IMG/VR virus record: IMGVR_UViG_3300030329_002238
Length of the DNA stretch: 20,000 nucleotides
Source of the DNA: an uncultured virus (IMG/VR IMGVR_UViG_3300030329_002238)
Lineage: Duplodnaviria > Heunggongvirae > Uroviricota > Caudoviricetes
Strand: one strand, 5' to 3'
Part shown: positions 1 through 9,479 of the stretch, in pieces
How positions within the stretch are numbered: the first letter of the stretch is position 1
Layout: every line of letters begins with the position of its first letter
The notes under the pieces: model-generated
Database searches by the model: none
Told to the model about the DNA's origin: nothing
Seen by the model: only the letters and a program-made list of their open reading frames with translations
Translations under genes and position numbers: made by a program

Positions 1-3000
1 TCCTCTATTAATCTATATAAACCAGCGTCTTTATCTTTTGCTATTCTAAATACATCTCCTTTCTCTCCTAATTTAGAACGCCTAGAAGTCATAGTTTTTT
101 TACCAGATTTAACTAATTCCGCTGGCTCTGTAAAAGAAACTACAATTTCTTTTGTAGTGCTGGGCTTACTAGGTCTTACCCTAAAATCATATCCATATTT
201 AGCTCCTAAAGCTAATACCGTCAATAAAGATGCCTGTCTAAAATCTCTATCCCCCTCTATAAACTTACCAAGCATGTTACTTTGATTGACTGTAGTACCA
301 TACTTAGCAAATCCTAAAGGCATATGAATAATTTTTTCCTCTGCCCTAGAAAAGTTTTGTAATTTTTCATCGTAGGCTTTTTCTAAAAATAGAACTCTTT
401 CAACAAACTCTGTTTTTATATCTTTCCTTCTTCTATCTTTTTTAGCTTTTTTAAACTCTGAAACTACTATTCCTTCTATACTTTCTCTTTCTGTTTTCTC
501 TCTAAATTCTAAAGCTTTGTCTTCCGCCTTTTTTTTGCCTTCAGGAGTAAGCATAGTAAAGAAAGCTTCTCCTCTCATTCTTTCAGCGTCTGCATCTGTT
601 TCTTTACCACTTACAGTAGCTGCGGCAAAAAACCTCTTAGTGAACTCTTCCTCAGTGATTGGTAACGGGCCCCTCTTTGTATTTGAATAGTCCATAATAA
701 GATTACTTTCTGGACTAGGTAAGTATTTTATTACAAAGCCTAACTTGTTTTTAGCAAAGCCAAATTGCTCTGCTATAACAGGGTAGGTATCAATTACATG
801 CTCTAAATTAAAACGGTTATGTGTGTTTTTTATTTCATTTACTGCATTTACAAACTCTTCTTTTATTGCTTTTTTTCTTCTGTCTTTTCCTTCACTCTTA
901 AACTGTCTAATTACTTCTTCTTTAAATATCCTGTCTTTTATTTCTGGTTCATCTTCTTTTTTAGTCTTATTCACCTCCACAAAATGCTGAGGTACAACCG
1001 TGTATCTAATAGCCTGGCCCTCATGGGAATCTATTAATCTTATTAATCTATTTATAAGACCTTGGGGTAGTTTTACACCCAATCTGGACTCAAGTGCATT
1101 TAAATCTGCTGATTCTTCTGGTTGTAGTCTTTCTCTTAAAGCTATTCTACTGTCTGTATATGCCTGATATGCTCCTTCTACTTTTTTAGCGGCTTCTTCA
1201 TTAAAGGGTAGCCACGGGTTGCCATTTTGATTAATAACTTCCACCCAAGAATTTGGTTCTCTTGTAGACATACCTTCTTCAGTTTCATCAACAAAACCCC
1301 CCTCTTCTTCTTGTACTTGTTGTTCAGCAACTCCTGCTGCTGTGTCATCTAATTCTTCTTGAGCTCGCTCTGCTTTAGTTTTTGCTACTCCTTCTATATC
1401 TTCTTCCAAAGACTCAGTGGGTTTTTTGGCTTTTTCAGCTTCTGCCTCTTCTTGCTGTTGTAGAGCAGCTTTATATTTACGTAGGACTCTAGAATCTAAT
1501 AGAGATACATCATTTACTGGCTCCCCTTTTCTTTCTAAAGAAGCAATAAGTTCTTTTTGTATAGGTACAAGTATTTCCTTTATACGCTTTTCTAGAGTTA
1601 ATTTTAAAGGTAATAGACTTTTTAATACCTGATCAAAATTACCCCCAGTTAAATTTTTATATATTTCTATTAATACAAGTGGGTCATCCCAAAAAGATTC
1701 TACTACTCTACCTATTTCGTCTGCGTTTTTAGCAGCTTTTATTCTGTCTAAAGCGTTTTCAGTTCTTACCCTAGTAAAATCATCTTTATTTTCTTTTGTG
1801 TTATTTCTTTCATATGTGTCTTCTGCTATGTCTTCAGTGCTATAAGGACCCTCTATTTCTACAAGATTTTCTTCTATGCCCTTTTTAAAAAGAGCTTCTA
1901 AACTCTGTTTAGTTGCTTCTTGGTCAGCTGCATTAGTTAATTCTGTATGTACATATTCACCACCATCTTTCCACCTAACTCTAAAACCTCTATCGTCTGC
2001 TGAGGTTAAAGGTCTTAGATAATTAAGAGCTGCAGCTATAGACTCTTTACCTGGGTCATCCACAAACTCATCTACTTTCCTTTTATTTAAAGATATTAAA
2101 GTACCAACACCTTCTACCGCACCCACGTGTACTTTTCTCCCACCATAAATCTTATTTAACTCTTTCTGGGTTGGAATTACTTGATTTGGTGGAAGATACA
2201 CTGAATCTTTAGCAAGGCTAGTTTCAAACAAAGAAGATATTTGTCTTCTTATATCTTTTACTGGTTCAGGGATACTCTCATTAGGTCCTTTAGTCCAATC
2301 AAATTCAGTAAACTGTTTAGTATCTAAAAAAGATAAATCAGGCATAACCACCGGTTTTAGATTCAAGTCTTCTTCAATACTAATATCGGTACCAAATATT
2401 TTTTTACCTGTTTCTTTACCACCAAACAGCGCGGATATAGTTCTTACAGCAGAAGAAGCCTTTTTATATTGTGCTTTACTATTAAGGGCAGAATCAAAAT
2501 CAGGATTTATACCAAATAAATCCAATTGCTCCATCTCTCCTCTAGCCCGTTTTGCTTTTCTTTCTGTCCGTCTTTCTTTTCTACCTAATAAATCTTGAGT
2601 TCTATTAACAATCCTTTCTACACTAGAAGACACACCTCTACCACCACCAGCAAATACACCACCACCTACAATACCTTTAAATGAAGCCGTTAGTAAATCC
2701 ATTCTGGCTTGTTCCCTGTCATATTCTGGATCTATAGAAAGTTTTTGTGCAATCGTCATACTTTCTTGAAGGGTTTCAGCAGTACCTTCAGATACAGCTC
2801 CCGTAGCAAAACCTTTAGCTGTTTGTACCCCAACCTTACTGAGATCATTTAAAAGGGCCATATATATAGGAGCCTCGGCTCCACCTTTTGCGGCACGTTT
2901 CTTAGCTATTTTTGTAATATGATCTGTTAGGGGTTTTATAATTGCTCTACCTGCAACTAACTCTGAAGTTATTCCAACTGCTGCGTATGGACCAAAACCT

Positions 3001-3788
3001 ACTGCAGCACTTATAGCCGCTTCTCTAGGTGAAGTCATATCTTGCCTAGCAAACTCACCAAAAGTTACACCTGTTCCCTGTCCACCCTCTTGTAAATAAG
3101 CTCCCGCTAATCCCCCCATTCTTGTTCTACGTTTCCAACCAGGTTGTCCAGCAAATTTCTCTAGTAATTTTAATTGGTCCCCCCTAAATTTATCATCATA
3201 AGTTCCTTTTAAATCTCTTAATCCTTTTCTTTTATTTTTCCAAGAGTCTTTTACAATATTTAATAAAGCCTTTTTACCAGGTCCAGATATAGCCTGTGTT
3301 AGCCCTAATCTAGCTCCCGCCCAAGTAGCCGTCCCTGTAAGGAGACCACCAGTTACCGCGGGGACCCCCGCAATACCTGCTATAATAGCTCCTGTAGTTG
3401 CCGCAGCTAAACTCGCCACTATTGAAGGAGCAAACTCACCCGTAGCTATTTTTGCCTGTTCTATAAAACCATCTACTGTTGGGGCATTTAAAAAATCTTC
3501 AACTGTAGGTAACCCCTGCATATATTCACCAGCAATTTCTTCCCAAAATAGGGCTTCCTGTAGGGATTCATCTAGTTCTTTTTCATCACCTGTTATAGCT
3601 TGGAAAGCAGCATCTAGATAATTTATATTAGCTCGTACGCTAGCAGCACCAGACGAGACAGCACGAGAAAAAGTACCCGCTCCACCGCCAGATGGGCCTT
3701 TTTCAGGGGTTCCGATTCTTTGATCTAGTAAAGTTTGATTAAGATCATTAAGAGCGCTAATGTCAAAAGAGTATTCTTCTTTCGCCAC
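1..3788 (-). CDS. Giant internal virion / DNA-ejection (polyvalent-type) protein, over 1260 aa, C-terminus beyond the window
   Basis: Not in the ORF track because no stop lies in the window. GTG at 3788 follows the TAG of the upstream gene. Translation begins MAKEEYSFDISALNDLNQTLLDQRIG, includes Gly/Ala-rich hydrophobic segments and GAVSEGTAETLQE, and the same frame is open at the points checked (about 2700, 840-930, 390-480) and at the window edge (GDVFRIAKDKDAGLYRLIE). It is the last and largest gene of the internal-virion cluster. Confidence 0.85.
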   Translation of the reverse strand, partial: MAKEEYSFDISALNDLNQTLLDQRIGTPEKGPSGGGAGTFSRAVSSGAASVRANINYLDAAFQAITGDEKELDESLQEALFWEEIAGEYMQGLPTVEDFLNAPTVDGFIEQAKIATGEFAPSIVASLAAATTGAIIAGIAGVPAVTGGLLTGTATWAGARLGLTQAISGPGKKALLNIVKDSWKNKRKGLRDLKGTYDDKFRGDQLKLLEKFAGQPGWKRRTRMGGLAGAYLQEGGQGTGVTFGEFARQDMTSPREAAISAAVGFGPYAAVGITSELVAGRAIIKPLTDHITKIAKKRAAKGGAEAPIYMALLNDLSKVGVQTAKGFATGAVSEGTAETLQESMTIAQKLSIDPEYDREQARMDLLTASFKGIVGGGVFAGGGRGVSSSVERIVNRTQDLLGRKERRTERKAKRARGEMEQLDLFGINPDFDSALNSKAQYKKASSAVRTISALFGGKETGKKIFGTDISIEEDLNLKPVVMPDLSFLDTKQFTEFDWTKGPNESIPEPVKDIRRQISSLFETSLAKDSVYLPPNQVIPTQKELNKIYGGRKVHVGAVEGVGTLISLNKRKVDEFVDDPGKESIAAALNYLRPLTSADDRGFRVRWKDGGEYVHTELTNAADQEATKQSLEALFKKGIEENLVEIEGPYSTEDIAEDTYERNNTKENKDDFTRVRTENALDRIKAAKNADEIGRVVESFWDDPLVLIEIYKNLTGGNFDQVLKSLLPLKLTLEKRIKEILVPIQKELIASLERKGEPVNDVSLLDSRVLRKYKAALQQQEEAEAEKAKKPTESLEEDIEGVAKTKAERAQEELDDTAAGVAEQQVQEEEGGFVDETEEGMSTREPNSWVEVINQNGNPWLPFNEEAAKKVEGAYQAYTDSRIALRERLQPEESADLNALESRLGVKLPQGLINRLIRLIDSHEGQAIRYTVVPQHFVEVNKTKKEDEPEIKDRIFKEEVIRQFKSEGKDRRKKAIKEEFVNAVNEIKNTHNRFNLEHVIDTYPVIAEQFGFAKNKLGFVIKYLPSPESNLIMDYSNTKRGPLPITEEEFTKRFFAAATVSGKETDADAERMRGEAFFTMLTPEGKKKAEDKALEFREKTERESIEGIVVSEFKKAKKDRRRKDIKTEFVERVLFLEKAYDEKLQNFSRAEEKIIHMPLGFAKYGTTVNQSNMLGKFIEGDRDFRQASLLTVLALGAKYGYDFRVRPSKPSTTKEIVVSFTEPAELVKSGKKTMTSRRSKLGEKGDVFRIAKDKDAGLYRLIE

Positions 3789-3789
3789 A

Positions 3790-6009
3790 CTAGTCTCTCC
3801 AATTTGGGTCTATGCTAAAGTAGGCCAGTAAACTTTTTTCGGCCGCATCACCAAAAAACTTTTTCATATTGTCTGCAGTAAATCGTAAAGGTGGGCCTGT
3901 TCTATCTTCCCCCATTCCACTCAAATTAAATCCAAATTCAACTAATTCCCCATTGCCATTATATTTAGGGGTAATAAGAGATAGAACCCCATTTAATCTT
4001 GAGTTTACATAATCTCCTGTTGGGTCCATCCCCCACCATCTAGCCCACGCCTTCCTAATTGCGCCTTTAGAATTGTTATAATTATGATAAGCAATATTCA
4101 TCATAGCTTGGGCTATATAAACAGATGTACTCCTTAAAGCTAAGCGGGCTTCTTCATACCCGGGATCCCCCGGTTTTAAAGTCCCATCCAGTATACTTCG
4201 AGAATATAGAGACGCCTTATTCATTTTATCTGTTAGAAATCCTTGGGCTTCTGGGTTTTGTCGAAAATCTACTGCATATTTATTAACTATATTGCTATTA
4301 TCTGGGTCTGTTCCATAGAACACTTTCATCCATCTCTCACCCTCATCTCCATAGGCATCATCCTTAGCTAACTCATAGATATCTTTTTGGACGGCCTGAT
4401 TTAATGTCGTTTGAGCGTTATGAACTCTGGTTCTATCAGTCATAGATTCAAAAGACACAAACGGCTCGCCCCTAATAACTCTGTTATAAAGCACAGCCAT
4501 ATTATCATTTGCTATATCCATTATTTGGGATGCACCTGTTGGACCATAAACTGCAGCTACATCAAAAGCAGCCTCACGTGCAGCTAACTCTGCAACTTGA
4601 AAGGCTTCTTGGGCAGTTAATTTTTTAGATGTAATAAATTCATTTAAATTAGTTATACCCTTCTTTTTAAGCATTTCTTGAAGTTCTTGGTCTTTTATTC
4701 CCTGTAAACTATCTTTATAAGTATCAGATTGCTTAAAGTTTCCAGACTGACCACTTTCCATAAAACTAACAAATTCATCAAAATCTTCTTCTGTAAAGAA
4801 ATTTGCTACCGCGCCAGCATCGATTTGTTCCCCTTCCTTGGTATTAGTGCTAGTTTTCTTACCATTATGCTCACTATTACTTTTAGGCATAGCCTCATAC
4901 GCTAAGTCATCAAGTTTTTTTCTAGTTCTCTTTATCTGTCTAAGAGCCGCCATATGTAAGGCACTTCCAGGATCTGGATGTTTATTAAGTTTTTCCTCTG
5001 CTTTCTCTAAATCTAACATTAACTTGTCATACTTATCTTTTGCGGTAGGAGAGGACGTTATATAGTCTATAGTTTTACCAAGTAGAGTATCTTTAAACTC
5101 TCTATCAACTCTAGTTGATACTTTTCCTTGAGCATCTGTTTTAGTATAAACCATTCTTTGAGGATCAAACTCCCACCCATCTGCTATTAATTCATCATAA
5201 CTTTTAGGCTCAATAGGTTCAGAAACTGTTGTAGCAGGAGTAGGTGTTGGTGTTGGTGTCGGTGTAGGACTATCAGTAGTAGGTTGTTTATCATCTACTG
5301 CAATCTGCCAATCATCTAAATAAGAATTAAAAACTATTCTTTGTTCATCTGGACTTAAAACAGAAAACTCCGGAGAAAGAGCTAAATCAGCCCAGCCAGC
5401 CGCTCTCTGCGCCCATTCTATATCTGCTGCAGCATTTCGATATTCCTTTTCTGCTTTCATTCCTTTTATAGTGGCTATATATCCAGGTTGAGCTTTCTCT
5501 TTCTTTAACATAAGCTCTACACCAATCATCTTTTCTAAATTTGATAAACTTATAGGCATAGGTGGCTCTCCAACTAAACTACGTTCAGATATAGTGGCAG
5601 GGCCATCTTCTTGGTTTCTAGTTATTATAAATTTTTCCCCGTTGGGGGCATCTTCAATTCTATCTATAGTGCTTTGTTTTATAGTGGGTTGACCATCAGG
5701 GCCTGTATTTACTTGGTCTACATATCTAAGCATAGTTTTGTATAACGTAGAATTTTTACCTGCAATTTCTTTAAGATATGCATTAGATTGATGACTCCCA
5801 TCAAATAATCTAGCGGTAGGTCTATAAGTTAGGTTAGATGCATCCCATTCAATATATGCACCCCCACCATCATCCATCATAGGTCTATCAAACCACTTAT
5901 TAGCCTCATCTCGTTCTTTCTTGGCTCTGGCTTCTGCCCCCATAGCACGAAGCTCCCAGAAGTTTTTACTTCCCCACGCTCTATCAAAAATTGCTCCTGG
6001 ATCTGACAT
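3790..6009 (-). CDS. Putative internal virion / ejection protein (739 aa) with a Pro-Thr linker
   Basis: Long ORF abutting its neighbours, mostly helical composition, positioned just before the giant gene as in podovirus ejection clusters. Function inferred from synteny only. Confidence 0.7.
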   Translation of the reverse strand: MSDPGAIFDRAWGSKNFWELRAMGAEARAKKERDEANKWFDRPMMDDGGGAYIEWDASNLTYRPTARLFDGSHQSNAYLKEIAGKNSTLYKTMLRYVDQVNTGPDGQPTIKQSTIDRIEDAPNGEKFIITRNQEDGPATISERSLVGEPPMPISLSNLEKMIGVELMLKKEKAQPGYIATIKGMKAEKEYRNAAADIEWAQRAAGWADLALSPEFSVLSPDEQRIVFNSYLDDWQIAVDDKQPTTDSPTPTPTPTPTPATTVSEPIEPKSYDELIADGWEFDPQRMVYTKTDAQGKVSTRVDREFKDTLLGKTIDYITSSPTAKDKYDKLMLDLEKAEEKLNKHPDPGSALHMAALRQIKRTRKKLDDLAYEAMPKSNSEHNGKKTSTNTKEGEQIDAGAVANFFTEEDFDEFVSFMESGQSGNFKQSDTYKDSLQGIKDQELQEMLKKKGITNLNEFITSKKLTAQEAFQVAELAAREAAFDVAAVYGPTGASQIMDIANDNMAVLYNRVIRGEPFVSFESMTDRTRVHNAQTTLNQAVQKDIYELAKDDAYGDEGERWMKVFYGTDPDNSNIVNKYAVDFRQNPEAQGFLTDKMNKASLYSRSILDGTLKPGDPGYEEARLALRSTSVYIAQAMMNIAYHNYNNSKGAIRKAWARWWGMDPTGDYVNSRLNGVLSLITPKYNGNGELVEFGFNLSGMGEDRTGPPLRFTADNMKKFFGDAAEKSLLAYFSIDPNWRD
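5236..5268 (-). repeat. Coding hexamer tandem repeat encoding (PT)5P linker
   Basis: Sequence aggagtaggtgttggtgttggtgtcggtgtagg translates on the minus strand to PTPTPTPTPTP. Confidence 0.9.
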
Positions 6010-6012
6010 AAT

Positions 6013-6636
6013 CTATATAAATTTTGAAACTACACTTGTTATTAAACCACGCCTCGCATTTTTTTCATTTGTTTTAGCATTTCTATACGCTTGTTCTTGA
6101 GCTACTTGCATACTACTTAATGCAGAAAGCCCCTCCATTGCTTTGCCTAATGCTGTATTAGCCCAAGCCCCCACGGCGAAACTTTTACCTATACCTCCTA
6201 TTTTATCAGCAAACCTTGAAAGATTTGTTGCATTAACTATTCCTAATTGTTTGTTTCTTTGTCCTTGTGCATCTATCTCTCTAGCTTCAGCTGCAGTCGT
6301 CTGTATTCCATACCTTTCTAAGTTTCTTCTATCTATACCGGCTTGTCTATTTCTAGCAATCTCGTCTGCTCTTAAAGCTTCTTCAGTTGTGCTTTCCTCT
6401 ATAGAGGCTAATAACTCTTGTTCAATTTGTGGACCACCAAGCTCTTGATAACTGTCACTTAACCTTTGAGAAATTTGTTCTTGTGCGCTTTTAGGATCAG
6501 AAATACTTGGTGTATCATTTTTATAACCTTTATATACTGTAGTTTGGTAGTTTGTTGGCATTGTACCCATAGCCTTAGGTCCCTTACTAACATAGGTCTG
6601 CGCTCTTTTCATTACATCTGTTTCTACTGGTAACAT
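6013..6636 (-). CDS. Putative internal virion / ejection protein (207 aa)
   Basis: Gln/Ala/Arg-rich helical protein with a Gly-rich hydrophobic C-terminal part, located in the ejection cluster with 3-bp gaps to its neighbours. Confidence 0.65.
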   Translation of the reverse strand: MLPVETDVMKRAQTYVSKGPKAMGTMPTNYQTTVYKGYKNDTPSISDPKSAQEQISQRLSDSYQELGGPQIEQELLASIEESTTEEALRADEIARNRQAGIDRRNLERYGIQTTAAEAREIDAQGQRNKQLGIVNATNLSRFADKIGGIGKSFAVGAWANTALGKAMEGLSALSSMQVAQEQAYRNAKTNEKNARRGLITSVVSKFI

Positions 6637-6639
6637 AAT

Positions 6640-7185
6640 CTAATCACCCCCCCAGTCCCACTTTGTAGGGTTAAAGCCACTTGTAGCAACCTGGCTCCCT
6701 ATAGCCCCACCTATTCTAGCTATACCCCCTAATCTAGAAGCATAGTCAGAAGACTTTCTAGCCCCCTCACCAAGTATTTGCTGTTTCCCAAGCTCAGCTA
6801 AATTTACCATACCCATTTGACCAATACCTTGACCACCTTTTATAAGGTCTAAGTAACCAAGTCTATTCTGGAACTTCATATTCTGCCCTTGGTCATGAGC
6901 GGCCATCCTAGTTGCATACTCTAGTCTTTGTTGAGTCGGCGTTAATAGGTTTCCTGTAGATACATCACCGTAACTTAATTTAGGACTACCCTGAGCATAA
7001 TCCCCCATAGCTTTATCTTGTAATGTTTGTGAAAAGTCTTCTTCAATCATTCCGCGTAAGCCTCTTTTTACAGCTAAGCCCAATTTTTCTGCTTGCTCTG
7101 CATCCCTTTTAAAAGTACCCGCCGCTCTTTTTTGCGACTCACTAAACTGAAAATCTGCTCTTCTTGCTTTCTTTTTATTGCCCAT
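6640..7185 (-). CDS. Putative internal virion / ejection protein (181 aa)
   Basis: Basic N-terminus MGNKKKARRA and Gly-rich amphipathic C-terminus LGGIARIGGAIGSQVATSG, typical of small podovirus ejection proteins that follow the GNAT-like gene. Confidence 0.65.
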   Translation of the reverse strand: MGNKKKARRADFQFSESQKRAAGTFKRDAEQAEKLGLAVKRGLRGMIEEDFSQTLQDKAMGDYAQGSPKLSYGDVSTGNLLTPTQQRLEYATRMAAHDQGQNMKFQNRLGYLDLIKGGQGIGQMGMVNLAELGKQQILGEGARKSSDYASRLGGIARIGGAIGSQVATSGFNPTKWDWGGD

Positions 7186-7187
7186 AA

Positions 7188-7610
7188 CTATAAATCCTTT
7201 CTATATGTATAACTAACTAATTTAAAACCGTGCTTTGGAGCAATTTTTTGCCAGCCTGGCCTACTTGTTTCAAACTCGATATTATCAGCTTTGAGTTCTT
7301 CTGCAAGCCTATCCAATAATTCATAACCATGTTTTGACTGGTTATATTTAGGGTCTTGATAAGCTGCCAAGACAAATAAGGTGGGACCTCCCCCAATGTT
7401 AGGGTGGTTCTCAGTAATAATAAATCCGATGTTTTCATCTCCTTCATAAGCTATATATAAATCTGCTTGCTTAGTTTTTAAACCAACATATACGTCTGCT
7501 GGTAACCAATCAGAATTACTTTTTTTAACTATATACCTTAATTTCTCCTCTATCTCTTCATAAACAAATTGTAAGTCATCTACATGTATCTTACTAAACT
7601 TAACAGCCAT
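7188..7610 (-). CDS. GNAT-fold-like virion assembly protein (140 aa)
   Basis: Pattern IGFIITE...TLFVLAAY...LAEELKADNIEFETSRPGWQKIAPKHGF resembles the acetyltransferase-like proteins that precede ejection genes in podoviruses. Confidence 0.6.
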   Translation of the reverse strand: MAVKFSKIHVDDLQFVYEEIEEKLRYIVKKSNSDWLPADVYVGLKTKQADLYIAYEGDENIGFIITENHPNIGGGPTLFVLAAYQDPKYNQSKHGYELLDRLAEELKADNIEFETSRPGWQKIAPKHGFKLVSYTYRKDL

Positions 7611-8297
7611 TTATCCTTTCTCCGATCCATACCTCCGATATCTTCTAGTAGGAGGTAACCCCACACCAGAATAAACAACTTTACGTCCTACTCCTATATC
7701 AGCTCTTCTAGCTTTTATTTCTGCATCTCGTACTGTTTGGGCAAATAGCCCAGCATAATCAACTGCAGCTTGTGGGTCTGACCAATCTCTTGATGGCATT
7801 CTAAGTAGTCTATATAAAGCACCAAAAATAATACCATCCCTATAATCGTCAGCTATTTCTGTAGCAATATTATTAGATGACCTAGATGGTTTTAATGATA
7901 CATTCATAATAACACCACCTGCTTTAGTAGTATCTGGTACTGGAACCAACCAAAATAAATCTGGGGATTGTTGAATAAAATATTCAGGAGTAGAAGTATT
8001 ATTAGCATCTCTCCATTTAGGTTTTCTACTTTCTAAGGCTCTAGGAGTAATAGCTTCTAAATCCTTACCATCATATATAGCCCAAATTATCTTATCTACT
8101 TTAGTACCTGCAGGTTGGTTAAACTCATATTCATATATACCTGCTACAGTACTTATTGGGTCTAACTCTTTTGTGTACACCGCTGCTTTTTCACAAAGCT
8201 CAATTGAAGAAGAACGTAACGCATTCTCTACAACCGTATCTGGGCACCCAGGTACGTAGGGTAATACATCTTTCATAAACGATTCAAAACTTGCCAT
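7611..8297 (-). CDS. Head-tail adaptor / ring protein 2 (228 aa)
   Basis: N-terminal VLPYVPGCPD helix pair, TPEYF...LVPVPD beta region and YRDGIIFGALYRL C-terminal helix. Aligns by eye with the adjacent 228-aa gene. Confidence 0.7.
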   Translation of the reverse strand: MASFESFMKDVLPYVPGCPDTVVENALRSSSIELCEKAAVYTKELDPISTVAGIYEYEFNQPAGTKVDKIIWAIYDGKDLEAITPRALESRKPKWRDANNTSTPEYFIQQSPDLFWLVPVPDTTKAGGVIMNVSLKPSRSSNNIATEIADDYRDGIIFGALYRLLRMPSRDWSDPQAAVDYAGLFAQTVRDAEIKARRADIGVGRKVVYSGVGLPPTRRYRRYGSEKG

Positions 8298-8983
8298 TAT
8301 GCACTCATTATTTGTATATCGGGTTTAATCAAAGCATCTATTTGTGCTTTACCTTGTACACTAACAGAAAATAACTGGTAGTGTGTTGCAGCTCTCTGGG
8401 CATTCCCAGCAAACTCAGCGTCTTTAGAAAAAGCTCTAAACAAAGTGTAATCGATAATTGCATTAGAATAATTATCTGGTACAGCAATTGTTGCAGAAGT
8501 ATTAGCTAAATCTGTTGGTCTCTGTGAATACACAATTTCTACATAAGCATTTCCAGATATTCCAGGGTATATGTAGTAATTCAATGGGTCATTCTCATCA
8601 AACAAAAAATGTTTGGGAGTTGTTCCATGAGTTGCATCTCCTGTTACAGTTGGATCATGCCAGTCTGGATTTTGTGTATCTAGAATATCCCAAGATACTA
8701 ATCTAATAGCTCTACCACCAGTAGCACCACCAGAAGCATCAGACATGTTTCTTATTACATTAATAAGTTTTAGTCCATCTGAAGGAATTGCTTGTTTAGT
8801 ACCAGTAACTAACTGTACGTTAGCATGTAATGCAGTAGCTCCAGGCTGTACATTAGCTATCTCACGTTGGGCGTCATTAATATAATTTAACAACTCAGCT
8901 TCAGTCCACCTCACATTTGAAGTGTCCTGAAGTGTTCCTTCTACACGAGATAATAAGTTAGCGCCTGTCGTTACTGATGCCAT
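8297..8983 (-). CDS. Head-tail adaptor / ring protein 1 (DUF6682-like, 228 aa)
   Basis: LQDTSNVRWTEAELLNYINDAQREIA and AIIDYTLFRAFSKDAE motifs are characteristic of this adaptor family. It lies downstream of the capsid gene. Confidence 0.8.
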   Translation of the reverse strand: MASVTTGANLLSRVEGTLQDTSNVRWTEAELLNYINDAQREIANVQPGATALHANVQLVTGTKQAIPSDGLKLINVIRNMSDASGGATGGRAIRLVSWDILDTQNPDWHDPTVTGDATHGTTPKHFLFDENDPLNYYIYPGISGNAYVEIVYSQRPTDLANTSATIAVPDNYSNAIIDYTLFRAFSKDAEFAGNAQRAATHYQLFSVSVQGKAQIDALIKPDIQIMSA

Positions 8984-9411
8984 TAGTCTTCTTTATCTAC
9001 TACTATTTCTGCCCAGACTTCATCTCTTTCATCTGAGGTTATTTGTTCTCCAAAAACAGCTTTTATAACAGATTGTTTAGGTAGCCCATCAGAAGTAAAA
9101 CTATCTGGGTCTCCTTCATCTAATATCTGTTGCATTGCTGCCTTTAATAATTCTCCTCTTCCATCTTCTTCCTCAAGAATAACCTCTTCAACATCTTCTA
9201 TAACTTCAGCATCTTGTACCTCAATTACTTCCGCTTCTATTATTAAATCAGGTTTTTCTAAAGGCTCGTTATCTTTTATCTCCCTAGCTCCCTGTTGAAT
9301 TGCAACATATCCTATGTCATCACCAACTTCTTTTGGTTCACCCGCATACAAACGTATAGCAGCTCCCCATGTTGTAGCTACATACATATCTTCATTTGAA
9401 ATTACTTTCAT
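8983..9411 (-). CDS. Acidic hypothetical head-cluster protein (142 aa; start corrected to ATG 9411)
   Basis: AGGAG Shine-Dalgarno at 9417-9421 precedes ATG 9411 (MKVISNEDM). The track's start at 9450 falls inside the terminator hairpin. Has a Glu-rich linker and a small C-terminal helical domain (FTSDGLP...ITSDERDEVW). Confidence 0.75.
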   Translation of the reverse strand: MKVISNEDMYVATTWGAAIRLYAGEPKEVGDDIGYVAIQQGAREIKDNEPLEKPDLIIEAEVIEVQDAEVIEDVEEVILEEEDGRGELLKAAMQQILDEGDPDSFTSDGLPKQSVIKAVFGEQITSDERDEVWAEIVVDKED

Positions 9412-9426
9412 TATTTCTCCTAAATT

Positions 9427-9467
9427 AAAAAATGAAGGAGAGCCACCCAAAGATGGCCCTCACTTCA
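9427..9467 (-). terminator. Rho-independent terminator after the major capsid gene
   Basis: Minus strand reads TGAAG-T-GAGGGCCATC-TTTG-GGTGGCTCTC-CTTCA-TTTTTT: a 10-bp inner stem with two G-U pairs, a 5-bp outer stem and a U tract. Confidence 0.85.
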
Positions 9468-9479
9468 ACTAAGACTGGA

